Origin: a virus
Lineage: Duplodnaviria; Caudoviricetes
DNA length: 48,823 nucleotides
Direction: 5' to 3' (one strand)
IMG/VR virus record: IMGVR_UViG_3300005286_000036
Coordinates: 1-48,823 of that record
In this document: positions 1-8,359 of the stretch, one piece after another
Position numbering within the stretch: position 1 is the stretch's first letter
How the letters are laid out: the number at the start of each line of letters is the position of its first letter
Notes under the pieces: generated by a model
What the model saw: only the letters and a program-made list of their open reading frames with translations
Database searches by the model: none
Told to the model about the DNA's origin: nothing
Program-made: the position numbers and the translations under genes

Positions 1-243
1 CAGCCGTCCAATTTCCGCAACACTCATTACGTTGGCGGTGTTGGCGCTTCTGTCGCCTTACGTGCTGCGTGCCATACGTCGCCCCAAGCCGGTCACCTAG
101 CTCTCGGTTCGCGGGACTGACAAGCCGTTATTTCGGTCACCAGCTATTCGTGGCGAATGGCAGGGTAGGGGCCGCACTCTCCCGAAAGCAGTCGATCACC
201 ACTGTCTTGGCCAAAGCTAGTGGCGATTCAGCATTTGAGAAAC

Positions 244-264
244 TGGCGATCCCGGAGGGACTCG
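244..264 (-). repeat. att core: duplicated tRNA 3' end (probably tRNA-Arg CCT)
   Basis: Reverse complement CGAGTCCCTCCGGGATCGCCA = partial T-loop, T-stem, acceptor strand and CCA; 24 bp from integrase stop; the rest of the tRNA is absent. Confidence 0.8.
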
Positions 265-288
265 CATGTGCCCAAACGGACTTTGATT

Positions 289-1389
289 TTATTGGTCTTT
301 TTCAGAAATTCCCGCACTCTGTTTTGAGGTGCGGGGAGTGTTTGCCTTCTCCAGCCCCACAAGAAGCTTCGAAGCGGCGGCCGATCCGAGCAGCTCATTG
401 TCCGCATAGCGGGTGTAGAGTTCGGCCTGCTCCATGGTGGTCCATCCCCACATTGCCATCAACTCCTTAGCCGTAGCCCCAGCCTGGGCGGCCAGGATTG
501 GCCCTGTCTTCCGCAAGCCGTGAGCTCTGAATTTCACGCCGGCTTCCTCGCATCGATCTCGGAACCAATTGCCGAAACTGTTCCCACTGGCGAATGGTTC
601 TCCCCATTCCGTTGTCAGAAACGTCTCTTTGCCAGTCGTCGTCGCTTCGATTGCTTCGACCAACGGTGGTAGCGCGGTGAACGTCGCTACGGCCTCCGAG
701 CTATCCTCCGTCTTGCCAGGCTGGAAGGTCACCACGCCATTGACGATGTGCCTAGGCCCGAACAACACAGCGTCCGATCGGCGGAAACCAGCAAAGAGCA
801 GAATGCGCATAGCAAGATTTGCCATCGTTCCAACAGGGTGTCGCCTCTCGTACTTCTGTACATCCTCGACGCCCCATGGCTTATGGCCGATGATCTTGAT
901 GCGGATGAACGGAACGTCCTTCGCGGGATCGGTATCAATCCAGCCGCGCATCTTGGCGTAGGCAAACACGGGCTTTACGGCCTTAAGGAAGGCATTGGCG
1001 GCGTGACCTCTGCCTGTGGTGGCCCGGCGCTCTCTGGCATCGATGATCGTCTTTTCGGTGATCCGGCGTATCTGCACATCGCCGGACTTGTCGACAATCT
1101 CCTTGAAGATGCGGTCGCGCGTGATCCGGGTTTCTTCCCCGATATCGTTCCGCCAATGCGTCGACTTCTTGTATTCAGTGATCAGCCATCGCAGCGTGCC
1201 AGCTTTGCCCTTTGTTCTGGGCTGACCGACGGGCTCCCCCCGCAGCGCCGCCTGATAGGCCTCGTCGAAATCGGGTGAGCCATAGTCCGGCAGTCGCGTC
1301 CTCGGCCCCTTGCCGACACGATAATAGAAGACCGGCGTCCCGTGGCGGTTTCGCTCACGGGTGACATTCGGGGGCAGTCTGGTGCGCAT
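289..1389 (-). CDS. int: Tyrosine recombinase / phage integrase
   Basis: GFRRSD (R), PGKT (K), AHGLRK (HxxR), MWGW, ELYTR (Y) catalytic motifs. Confidence 0.95.
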   Translation of the reverse strand: MRTRLPPNVTRERNRHGTPVFYYRVGKGPRTRLPDYGSPDFDEAYQAALRGEPVGQPRTKGKAGTLRWLITEYKKSTHWRNDIGEETRITRDRIFKEIVDKSGDVQIRRITEKTIIDARERRATTGRGHAANAFLKAVKPVFAYAKMRGWIDTDPAKDVPFIRIKIIGHKPWGVEDVQKYERRHPVGTMANLAMRILLFAGFRRSDAVLFGPRHIVNGVVTFQPGKTEDSSEAVATFTALPPLVEAIEATTTGKETFLTTEWGEPFASGNSFGNWFRDRCEEAGVKFRAHGLRKTGPILAAQAGATAKELMAMWGWTTMEQAELYTRYADNELLGSAAASKLLVGLEKANTPRTSKQSAGISEKDQ

Positions 1390-1395
1390 GGCGCG

Positions 1396-1584
1396 TCAGA
1401 GCTCGATGGGTTCGTCGTCGTTGTTGGCGTCGGACAGCTTGGTGCGAAGCGCCAGCTTGGCCGGAACTATCCGAATCGTGCCGTCCCGATCAATCTCGAC
1501 CACGGCCGGATAGTTGGTTTGCTCGACGGCGCGAATGGCTCGCGCCACATCGGCCTGAGTAACAGTAGCAGGGCGCCGGCTCAT
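1396..1584 (-). CDS. Small DNA-binding protein, putative excisionase/RDF
   Basis: 62 aa, TQADVARAIRA..VEIDRDGTIRI pattern typical just upstream of alphaproteobacterial prophage integrases. Confidence 0.6.
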   Translation of the reverse strand: MSRRPATVTQADVARAIRAVEQTNYPAVVEIDRDGTIRIVPAKLALRTKLSDANNDDEPIEL

Positions 1585-1802
1585 GATGCATCCCGCCTGT
1601 CATCAGCGCCGGCAATGACTGCCACGATGATGCCGCCGACCGAGCCGCCAAGAAGACCACCCACGGCCAGGCCGAAAATGAACCAATTTGGCTCGCTGCC
1701 GTAGCGCATCCAGTCCGCGACCCAGAATATCGGCGGGGCGATGACGACGGCCAGGGTCAGCAAGACGGCTGCCTCTCGGATCTGATCGCGCAGGGTCATC
1801 AC
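1581..1802 (-). CDS. Small membrane protein
   Basis: Two hydrophobic segments; 4-bp overlaps with both neighbours. Confidence 0.6.
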   Translation of the reverse strand: MMTLRDQIREAAVLLTLAVVIAPPIFWVADWMRYGSEPNWFIFGLAVGGLLGGSVGGIIVAVIAGADDRRDAS

Positions 1803-2197
1803 TCGCCCTCGCTAATGATGGCAAGTTCGGCTTCGATCCGGGCGATCCACGTCCGCGCGTCTTGCCGGGCCTGGCCGAGCATTTCGAGCGGGTCATCGCC
1901 GTGCGAGACGATCTGCGGAACCTTGTTGTCCTTGGCGAGGATCGGGAAGTTCCACATGAGCATGTATCTGTCCGAGCGCCAGCGAGGCGGGCTGATTCGG
2001 CAGTTGCCCTTCACGGCTTCGCAGTACCAACCGAGATTTTCCCAAACGCGAGGCATCCACCCGGCGCCGAGGGTCGCGCAAAGCGCGGCGGCTTGCTCTT
2101 GCGCCCTGTCGTGAGCGGCCTTCGTGCAGCACCCACCGCAGCGCGGCGAGCAGTAGATTTCGCCGTTGAGGACAGGTGTCCATCCCAAATCGTTCAT
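1799..2197 (-). CDS. Hypothetical phage protein (Cys-rich N-terminus)
   Basis: CSPRCGGCC motif; translationally coupled in the leftward operon. Confidence 0.7.
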   Translation of the reverse strand: MNDLGWTPVLNGEIYCSPRCGGCCTKAAHDRAQEQAAALCATLGAGWMPRVWENLGWYCEAVKGNCRISPPRWRSDRYMLMWNFPILAKDNKVPQIVSHGDDPLEMLGQARQDARTWIARIEAELAIISEGE

Positions 2198-2502
2198 GAC
2201 CGGCCCTCCGCCTTGGCGATGGCGGCGTCAATATGGGCATTGATTTCCACCGTAGCGCCGCAGGCATAGTTCGCGCGTACCCAACGCAGCGCTTCCAGCA
2301 GATCAGGAGTGGCGGCTATCAGGTGGGCGTTGGCCTCGGCTTCTGCCGAGGTCTTGCCGAAGGCGTGAGCCACCATCTGTCCATCACCTCCGCCAACCAC
2401 CTGGGCCTTGAACCCGTGGATGCTGTGCGGCACCACGTTGATGGTCAGGCTGTTGATGCGAGCTTCTTTCCAAGGACCCGGCGTATGCTTGCTCTCGCTC
2501 AT
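2194..2502 (-). CDS. Hypothetical phage protein (HTPGPW family)
   Basis: Starts MSESKHTPGPW, with ANAHLIAATPDLLEAL and AAIAKAEG, a common phage early-protein pattern; start chosen at ATG 2502 overlapping the upstream stop. Confidence 0.75.
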   Translation of the reverse strand: MSESKHTPGPWKEARINSLTINVVPHSIHGFKAQVVGGGDGQMVAHAFGKTSAEAEANAHLIAATPDLLEALRWVRANYACGATVEINAHIDAAIAKAEGRS

Positions 2503-2915
2503 ACCGCAACCTCCATCGCAGGAATCCCATCTTCCTGCTCTGCATCGAGAGAGATACTGGCGCACACTGCCGCGCAGACCAGATCGGCAACCGTGTTGAG
2601 GGTGACTGGCGTATCGCCTATGCGGCCCTCGTTGTGTTCGGCCTGCATGGCGGAGAGGGTGGCGTCGAGCTTCGTAAGCTCGGCGGCACGAACTGCGTCC
2701 AAGAGATTGACGGGCGCGCACTCGTCGGGCTCTAGGCGGTCGATTTCTGCCTCGCTCAAGCCCCAGGTTTCGCGCATGAACTTGCGGCGCAACAGAACCT
2801 CGGCGTACCGCTGCTCATCCGTCAGCGGGCTTGGCCGGGCAAAGGTTTGCGGGTCAGGGAATTCATCGCCCAGCATGTCAATCGAGCCGGATGAGGCGAT
2901 CGGGTATAGGGTCAT
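2499..2915 (-). CDS. Hypothetical protein, first gene of leftward operon
   Basis: GGGGAG RBS upstream; coupled to the next gene. Confidence 0.65.
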   Translation of the reverse strand: MTLYPIASSGSIDMLGDEFPDPQTFARPSPLTDEQRYAEVLLRRKFMRETWGLSEAEIDRLEPDECAPVNLLDAVRAAELTKLDATLSAMQAEHNEGRIGDTPVTLNTVADLVCAAVCASISLDAEQEDGIPAMEVAV

Positions 2916-2993
2916 GATTGGTCTCCCCTGGGTCTTGCCCTATCGGGGAGATCGGCTGCCAGTGCGGCTTCTTCGTCCCCGGTGATGGGGAGG

Positions 2994-3047
2994 AATATGC
3001 ATTAATGCACAAACAAGGTCAACTGTGATTGTGCATTAATGCATATT
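2994..3047 (-). promoter_or_regulatory. PL promoter and OL operators
   Basis: Perfect 19-bp inverted repeat (2994-3012 / 3029-3047), each arm holding palindrome TGCATTAATGCA; minus-strand TTGACC-N17-CATATT. Confidence 0.8.
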
Positions 3048-3098
3048 GGCGCTTGGACGAATCCGACTCGACTCTCGCCCACATCTGCTTCTTAATGA

Positions 3099-3113
3099 GA
3101 ACGAAACAAGAAC
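3099..3113 (+). promoter_or_regulatory. Alphaproteobacterial LexA (SOS) box
   Basis: GAAC-GAAACAA-GAAC (GAAC-N7-GAAC) directly before AAGGAG RBS and ATG 3127. Confidence 0.75.
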
Positions 3114-3126
3114 AAAGGAGCTGCTG

Positions 3127-3375
3127 ATGGTCACCTATTTTGTGGTGTTGGGGTTTCAGATGGGGAAGGGGGGTGTGCTCATCGCCGACGATCCGCGTGA
3201 AATACACGGTGGACATGAGAGGTGTGTCGCTGCGGCAAGGCGGCTTGCTGAGAGCCGAGCAGGGGTCATTGCCTTTTCGAGGACGGGTGACCCCAAGATG
3301 GGCGATTGGGATGACGCCGTGATCCTTTGGCGAACCGGAGTGGTGCCAGAGGAAGCATTTGCTATGGCGGGGTAG
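3127..3375 (+). CDS. Small hypothetical protein, probably SOS-inducible
   Basis: 82 aa MVTYFVV...AFSRTGDP..GDWDDAVILWRTG; strong RBS; convergent with repressor. Confidence 0.75.
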   Translation: MVTYFVVLGFQMGKGGVLIADDPREIHGGHERCVAAARRLAESRAGVIAFSRTGDPKMGDWDDAVILWRTGVVPEEAFAMAG

Positions 3376-3384
3376 CTCTAGAGG

Positions 3385-4095
3385 CTATCGACGGTCGTAC
3401 TTCCCAACTATGCGATGGCAAGTCTGCCAGACCTGTCGGCTTTCTTTCCATTCCTTGACCGGGTTCCACTGCTTCAGTGTCCAATCCCTGTCATTGAAGG
3501 CTAGCAGTTCTTTGACGATCGCCTCTTCTTCGCCGCCATGTGGCGGCCGATGATAGAAGACGTGGTTATGGCCTCTTGCCGGCTTTAGGTGCGGGTGGAC
3601 GAGTGCCGTATCTCCTGGGTGATAGGCAGGGATCATACTAGTCCCTTCTATCAGCAGGCCGTATCCACCCCTTACGCCCTGTAGGACGGTGGGCATCTTT
3701 ACACGCTCGATCTCATCGAACGTTACGATGATGTGGCCGTCTCCGCCGCGAGCGGCCGCATAAACGGGCAACATCTCTCCCGATTGAGAAACGAGTTCGC
3801 GGCCAGGGATAATGCGCGCTGGCGCGCCAGCCTGCAGCTCTTCACCGCCGTTGTTGGCATCTGAGTTCTGAAGCCTAATGCCTGCCAGGAACTCCGCATA
3901 GGTGATCTCAGCGACAGCTTCGATGCTCTGAATCGTGCGGCTGGAAATTGCAAACTTGTAGTCGGGGTCATTGAGCGGCCGAGTCAGCGTCGTGGACGAC
4001 AGGCCGGCCAGTTCGGCCAGACCGCTCGGTGATAGCTTCTTGGCCGCCATGATATAGCGCACGTAGGCCAGTTGGTTTTGGTTCACTTCCGCCAT
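3385..4095 (-). CDS. cI: CI-like repressor (HTH + S24 peptidase)
   Basis: N-terminal HTH (SPSGLAELAGLSSTTLTR); S24 motifs GTSMIP and IVKEL; start MAEVNQ at 4095. Confidence 0.9.
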   Translation of the reverse strand: MAEVNQNQLAYVRYIMAAKKLSPSGLAELAGLSSTTLTRPLNDPDYKFAISSRTIQSIEAVAEITYAEFLAGIRLQNSDANNGGEELQAGAPARIIPGRELVSQSGEMLPVYAAARGGDGHIIVTFDEIERVKMPTVLQGVRGGYGLLIEGTSMIPAYHPGDTALVHPHLKPARGHNHVFYHRPPHGGEEEAIVKELLAFNDRDWTLKQWNPVKEWKESRQVWQTCHRIVGKYDRR

Positions 4096-4117
4096 GGCCG
4101 CGACCCTAGCGGACCGA

Positions 4118-4171
4118 TGCAAAAATGCACCGTGCATTAATGCTTGACAGTTGTGCATTAATGCATAATGT
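4118..4171 (+). promoter_or_regulatory. OR operators and PR promoter
   Basis: TGCAAAAATGCA (4118-4129), TGCATTAATGCT (4133-4144), TGCATTAATGCA (4154-4165); TTGACA-N16-TAATGT. Confidence 0.8.
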
Positions 4172-4178
4172 TGCCGGC

Positions 4179-4379
4179 ATGAGCACGCAGACCGAAATCG
4201 CTGAGCTTGAGGAACGCGCAAAAACCAGCGGCGTAAATATCGCCGACGTTTTGCGCCGCGCCAAAATCGATCGCTCCATGTGGACCAGGTGGAAGAACGG
4301 AAAGACCGTGCCCCGGCTGGACAATTGGCGCGCCGTTGAAGCTGCGCTCAATGACCTGTGCAGTGGGGTGGCAGCATGA
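4179..4379 (+). CDS. Cro-like HTH regulator
   Basis: 66 aa with HTH (IADVLRRAKIDRSMWTRWKNG..P); divergent from cI. Confidence 0.85.
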   Translation: MSTQTEIAELEERAKTSGVNIADVLRRAKIDRSMWTRWKNGKTVPRLDNWRAVEAALNDLCSGVAA

Positions 4380-4390
4380 TCGCCCCTGCA

Positions 4391-4422
4391 AAACAAAAAG
4401 GGCGGCCTCTTTTGACCGCCCT
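4391..4422 (-). terminator. Intrinsic terminator on antisense strand
   Basis: Minus strand AGGGCGGT-CAAAAGAG-GCCGCCCT followed by TTTTGTTTT. Confidence 0.55.
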
Positions 4423-4710
4423 CCCATTCCAGCACGACCATTCGTCAAGGCGCGGTTGCGCCAGGGTTTGCGCTTTTCGCGCCGGGCAGAGTGCGCGGGT
4501 CATCCGCCGCGCCTTGGCCAATCGTCATGCCTTTCAGTTCCTGGCTGTTCCTCCGGCCAGTCAACTTGGCCGCACGCTTTACCGCGGCCCTTTTCTTTCC
4601 GTGAGCAATCGCCTGTCCGCCAAGATCGTCGATCGCTCCCATTCCGCCGGTGCCTTTCCTCAAGTGCGTGTCGCTGCTGATCAGCAACATGTCCGAGGAG
4701 CGTCAGCACC

Positions 4711-5085
4711 ATGTCCCCAAATTTCGAGCATCCGGAGCACCGCGCCATGAGTGCCGCCGCTGCCACCGAACTCGTTCGGAAAATGATCCACACCGAAAGC
4801 GCCGGCCCCGGCGATGCCGAGAACGCCATGCGCCGCTTGGCGCGACGCTACGGCATCGGCTTCTGGACCCAGGATCATCTGCGCAAGGGCAGGGCCAAAA
4901 CCATCAACAGCGTCCTGCTGGGGCGCCTGCGTTCCGCGTACATCGACATGTGCGAGCGCCAGCTCGCTCATCTGCAAAACGAAATCGCAATCGAGAAGGC
5001 GGCCGGTGATGACACTTTGGCAAATCTTGAGCTGGAGGTTGCGGCTCTGGCTCAGAAGGTTGCAGCGGCGAGGGCATCCCGATGA
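4711..5085 (+). CDS. Hypothetical regulator at the CII position
   Basis: HTH-like [22 protein letters not shown] plus coiled-coil C-terminus. Confidence 0.7.
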   Translation: MSPNFEHPEHRAMSAAAATELVRKMIHTESAGPGDAENAMRRLARRYGIGFWTQDHLRKGRAKTINSVLLGRLRSAYIDMCERQLAHLQNEIAIEKAAGDDTLANLELEVAALAQKVAAARASR

Positions 5086-5687
5086 ACGCTGTCGCCACCA
5101 CAACGATAACTGAACGCCGGGCAGGGCGGTCAGGGCAGGGTATGGGTGCCGCGGTTGCGGCCGTGGCGCCCATCACCTTTACGAAGACGCGCATTCGCTC
5201 CCTCGTGGGCATGCGGTTCGGCAAACTGACCGTGATCGAAGAAGGAAAGCGTCGCGTCCGCCCCAGCGGAGGTGGAGTGCGCTACTGGATTTGCCGGTGC
5301 GAATGTGGCGAGCTGCGAGAGTACTGCACCGGGCAGCTCCGCTCCGGTCATACCACCTCCTGTGGTTGCATGCGGATCGAGAAGACCGTCGAGCGGAACT
5401 ACCGCCACGGCATGGCCAACAGTCGCCCAGAATACGTCACGTGGAAGAATATGCGGCGGCGCTGCAGCAATCCGCTCGGCAAGGACTACGCCGACTATGG
5501 CGGGCGGGGCATCACTGTGTGCGAGCGTTGGAATTCCTTCGAAGCTTTCTATGCCGATATGGGGCCGAAACCATCGTCAAAACACTCCATCGACCGGATC
5601 AACGTCGACGGCAATTACGAGCCGAACAATTGCCGGTGGGCGACGCCTGTTGAGCAGCGGCGCAACCGAAGGGATGCGGCGCGATGA
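5082..5687 (+). CDS. HNH-type homing endonuclease-like protein
   Basis: [51 protein letters not shown] motifs. Confidence 0.85.
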   Translation: MNAVATTTITERRAGRSGQGMGAAVAAVAPITFTKTRIRSLVGMRFGKLTVIEEGKRRVRPSGGGVRYWICRCECGELREYCTGQLRSGHTTSCGCMRIEKTVERNYRHGMANSRPEYVTWKNMRRRCSNPLGKDYADYGGRGITVCERWNSFEAFYADMGPKPSSKHSIDRINVDGNYEPNNCRWATPVEQRRNRRDAAR

Positions 5688-6151
5688 ACCAGATCATGCA
5701 TTCGCCGATAACGTTTACAATGCCTTTGCCGCCCAGCGTCAACCAGATGTTTCGGAATGTGCGGGGCAAGGGCCGGGTCAAAACCGGACACTATGAGGCC
5801 TGGCGCGGTCACGCCGCGACTAGCCTTCGCCTGCAGCACATTGCGCCCATTACCGGCAATGTCGTCGTGCTGTTCGGCGTCGAACGCCAGTCGTCGATTG
5901 CCGATATCGACAACCGCATCAAGGCAATGCTGGACGCCATCGTCGCGGCCAAGATCATCACCGATGACAACCAGGTCACTGCCTTCGCGGCCTCGTGGCT
6001 GCCGCCCGCCAATGGGCTGGCTCACGTCCAGATTTTCCCGGTCGATCGGATCGGTGTCGAATTCCACCCCTCAACAGATGGCACGACGGGGGGCTGGTTT
6101 GCAGTGCCGCAACCAACCGATGGAGAGCCTGATGGCCCTGTCTATCTCTGA
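5684..6151 (+). CDS. rusA: RusA-family Holliday junction resolvase
   Basis: [23 protein letters not shown] motifs. Confidence 0.9.
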   Translation: MNQIMHSPITFTMPLPPSVNQMFRNVRGKGRVKTGHYEAWRGHAATSLRLQHIAPITGNVVVLFGVERQSSIADIDNRIKAMLDAIVAAKIITDDNQVTAFAASWLPPANGLAHVQIFPVDRIGVEFHPSTDGTTGGWFAVPQPTDGEPDGPVYL

Positions 6152-6983
6152 CCTCAAAAAGGTGCGGGCAGACTTGCCGCCCCGCATCCTGTTCTATGGC
6201 CCGCCCGGCATCGGCAAGACGACGATCGCTTCGGAATTTCCGGCGCCCGTCTTCCTGCAGATCGAGGATGGCACCCCCGGTGACACCGAGCTCGACAGCT
6301 TCGGCAAGCTCGACACTTTCGAGCAGGTGATGGGTTACCTCGAGGTCCTCTACAATGAGGATCACGAGTTCCAGACCGTCGTTATCGATAGCGTCACCGA
6401 GCTGCAGCGCCTCGTGTTCGCCGAGACCGGCGCTCGCGGCGACGACGAAGGCAAGACCTACGAGCGGATCGAGGACTTCCCCTATGGCAAGGGCTATGTC
6501 TACGCCATGGCCGTGTGGAGCGATTTCCTGCAGGGCCTCGACATGCTCCGGCGCGACCGCGGCATGACGGTGGTGCTGATCGCCCATTCCATTGTCGGTT
6601 CGTTCAACGACCCTGAGTCGCCGGCCTATGACCAGTACCAGCTGGCCATCCATGCCTCGGCGAAGAACAACGCCGATCATCGCGGTCTGATCGAACGCGA
6701 CATGGATGCGATCATCCTCATGAAGAAGAACGTCGCCACCAAGGGCGAAGATAAGCGCGGCGCCGCCACCACGAAGGAAAAAACGGTGGTCCGCACCCGT
6801 GCCACGGGCGGCGACACCATCTTGCTCCACACCGTGGGCAAGCCCGCCTTCACCGCCAAGAACCGCTACGGCATGCCGGCGCAGGTTCGCTACGACAAGG
6901 GCAAGGGTTTCGAGGCCCTGGCTCCCTATCTCCCCGTAACCCAGCCCCGCGACGTTGCGGGCGAAGAGCAGAAGGCGGCCTAA
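6132..6983 (+). CDS. Sak4-like AAA ATPase recombinase
   Basis: Walker A GPPGIGKT, VIDS, YGKGY, LIAH, AKNR motifs. Confidence 0.88.
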   Translation: MALSISDLKKVRADLPPRILFYGPPGIGKTTIASEFPAPVFLQIEDGTPGDTELDSFGKLDTFEQVMGYLEVLYNEDHEFQTVVIDSVTELQRLVFAETGARGDDEGKTYERIEDFPYGKGYVYAMAVWSDFLQGLDMLRRDRGMTVVLIAHSIVGSFNDPESPAYDQYQLAIHASAKNNADHRGLIERDMDAIILMKKNVATKGEDKRGAATTKEKTVVRTRATGGDTILLHTVGKPAFTAKNRYGMPAQVRYDKGKGFEALAPYLPVTQPRDVAGEEQKAA

Positions 6984-6986
6984 GCC

Positions 6987-7505
6987 ATGGTTGATCTCGT
7001 TCAGCAGTACGATCCCGAGGCCGAGGCCTCCAACTTTGACCAGATCCCCGACGACACCTATGCCGCCCAGATCATCGAGAGCTCGAAAGAGCCGATCAGC
7101 AAGGACAGGGACCTGGGCGATTGCCTCAGCCTGTGCTGGCAGGTGACCGAAGGTGAATTCGAAAAGCGCCTGTTCTGGCAGCGCATCAACCTCTGGTGGA
7201 CCGGGCCTGAAAAGGAAGCGGGCCAGGTCGTGAAGATCGCCAACCAGCAGTTCGCCGCGGTGCGCGAGGCGACGGGCAAGAAGGTCATCGACAACAGCGA
7301 AGAGCTGCATTTCGTGCCGTGCTCGGTGACGCTTGGCCGCCAGAAGAAGGACGAGCGCTACCAGGAAGTGAAGTCGGTCAAGGCGGCGGGCGGCAACGTC
7401 CGGCAGATCGGCTCGACCTCCCCTCGCCCCGGCAATGCTTCGGCTCAACAGACACAGGCAGCCAATCAGGGCGGCGAGCGCAAGCCCTGGCCGCGTCGCG
7501 CATAG
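6987..7505 (+). CDS. DUF669-like ssDNA-binding protein
   Basis: Follows Sak4; IPDDTYAAQI, VTEGEFEKRLFWQRINL, low-complexity tail ending KPW. Confidence 0.8.
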   Translation: MVDLVQQYDPEAEASNFDQIPDDTYAAQIIESSKEPISKDRDLGDCLSLCWQVTEGEFEKRLFWQRINLWWTGPEKEAGQVVKIANQQFAAVREATGKKVIDNSEELHFVPCSVTLGRQKKDERYQEVKSVKAAGGNVRQIGSTSPRPGNASAQQTQAANQGGERKPWPRRA

Positions 7506-7602
7506 AATAGCCGCCGGGCGGCCACTGGCCTCGTAAACCGAGCCGCCCGGCATCCCCATCGCGAAACGCAACCTTCAACGTCGCCCGAAGGAGGGCTGGA
7601 CG

Positions 7603-7914
7603 ATGCACGATACCTCTTTGCCCGGCAATAGCCGGAACCGTCACCCCGTCGATCGCCTTGCCGATGTCCGCGCGCAGATCAAGACGCTGCAGGACGAGGA
7701 AACCGACCTCAAGGCCCTGATCAGTAACGAAATGGGCAGCCGCGACAGCCTCGGCGGCGATGAGTTCATCGCCTTCCAGACGCTGCAAACCCGCAAGGGC
7801 TCCATTGACGAGGCGTCGCTCAAGGCGGCCGGCATCAATGTCGACAAGCACCGCAAACCGCCGACCACCAGCCATGTGCTGCGCGTCGAGCGCCGCGCCG
7901 CTGAGGTGGCGTGA
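7603..7914 (+). CDS. Hypothetical phage protein
   Basis: GGAGG RBS; coiled-coil DRLADVRAQIKTL. Confidence 0.7.
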   Translation: MHDTSLPGNSRNRHPVDRLADVRAQIKTLQDEETDLKALISNEMGSRDSLGGDEFIAFQTLQTRKGSIDEASLKAAGINVDKHRKPPTTSHVLRVERRAAEVA

Positions 7915-8153
7915 TGGTCAAGATGATCAGACCGGACGCGATCAACTTCCGCGCCACTGTCACCGAGGATGAGATCAAGCAGCGGCTCGCCGATGAGGTG
8001 TTGGAGAGCGTTGGCGGGATGGGTGACAACGGTAAGCCGTTGCCCGGTGTCCATGCCACGGTGCGGCGCGGCTCCGGCCGTGCTGGCGGTTACACCATCG
8101 ATGTGACCGGCCCAATGCCCGTGCGGCTCTCGCTGCCGAAGGCGGGTGAGTGA
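7914..8153 (+). CDS. Hypothetical phage protein
   Basis: Stop/start overlaps on both sides. Confidence 0.65.
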   Translation: MVKMIRPDAINFRATVTEDEIKQRLADEVLESVGGMGDNGKPLPGVHATVRRGSGRAGGYTIDVTGPMPVRLSLPKAGE

Positions 8154-8359
8154 TGGCGTGCGACTGCATTGACAAAATCAACGAGAAGTTGGCCGAGCGG
8201 AACACGAAGCTCACCGCTACAATCATCTTCGCAAAGCCCAGCTATTTGACGCCAACAATCGACACTGAGCTTGTCGAGAAGAAGCGCGGAGCGCGGCCTT
8301 GTGCTGTGCTGCCAACCTTTTGTCCGTTCTGCGGCACAAAGTACGAAGGGGCAGTGTGA
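8153..8359 (+). CDS. Small Zn-binding protein
   Basis: CDC ... FCPFCG. Confidence 0.7.
   Translation: MACDCIDKINEKLAERNTKLTATIIFAKPSYLTPTIDTELVEKKRGARPCAVLPTFCPFCGTKYEGAV

Noticed and set aside
1-243. Host gene left of the att site
   Set aside because: Too little sequence and no convincing ORF or motif
244-264. Complete tRNA gene
   Set aside because: Only the 3' 21 nt are present; no D or anticodon arm
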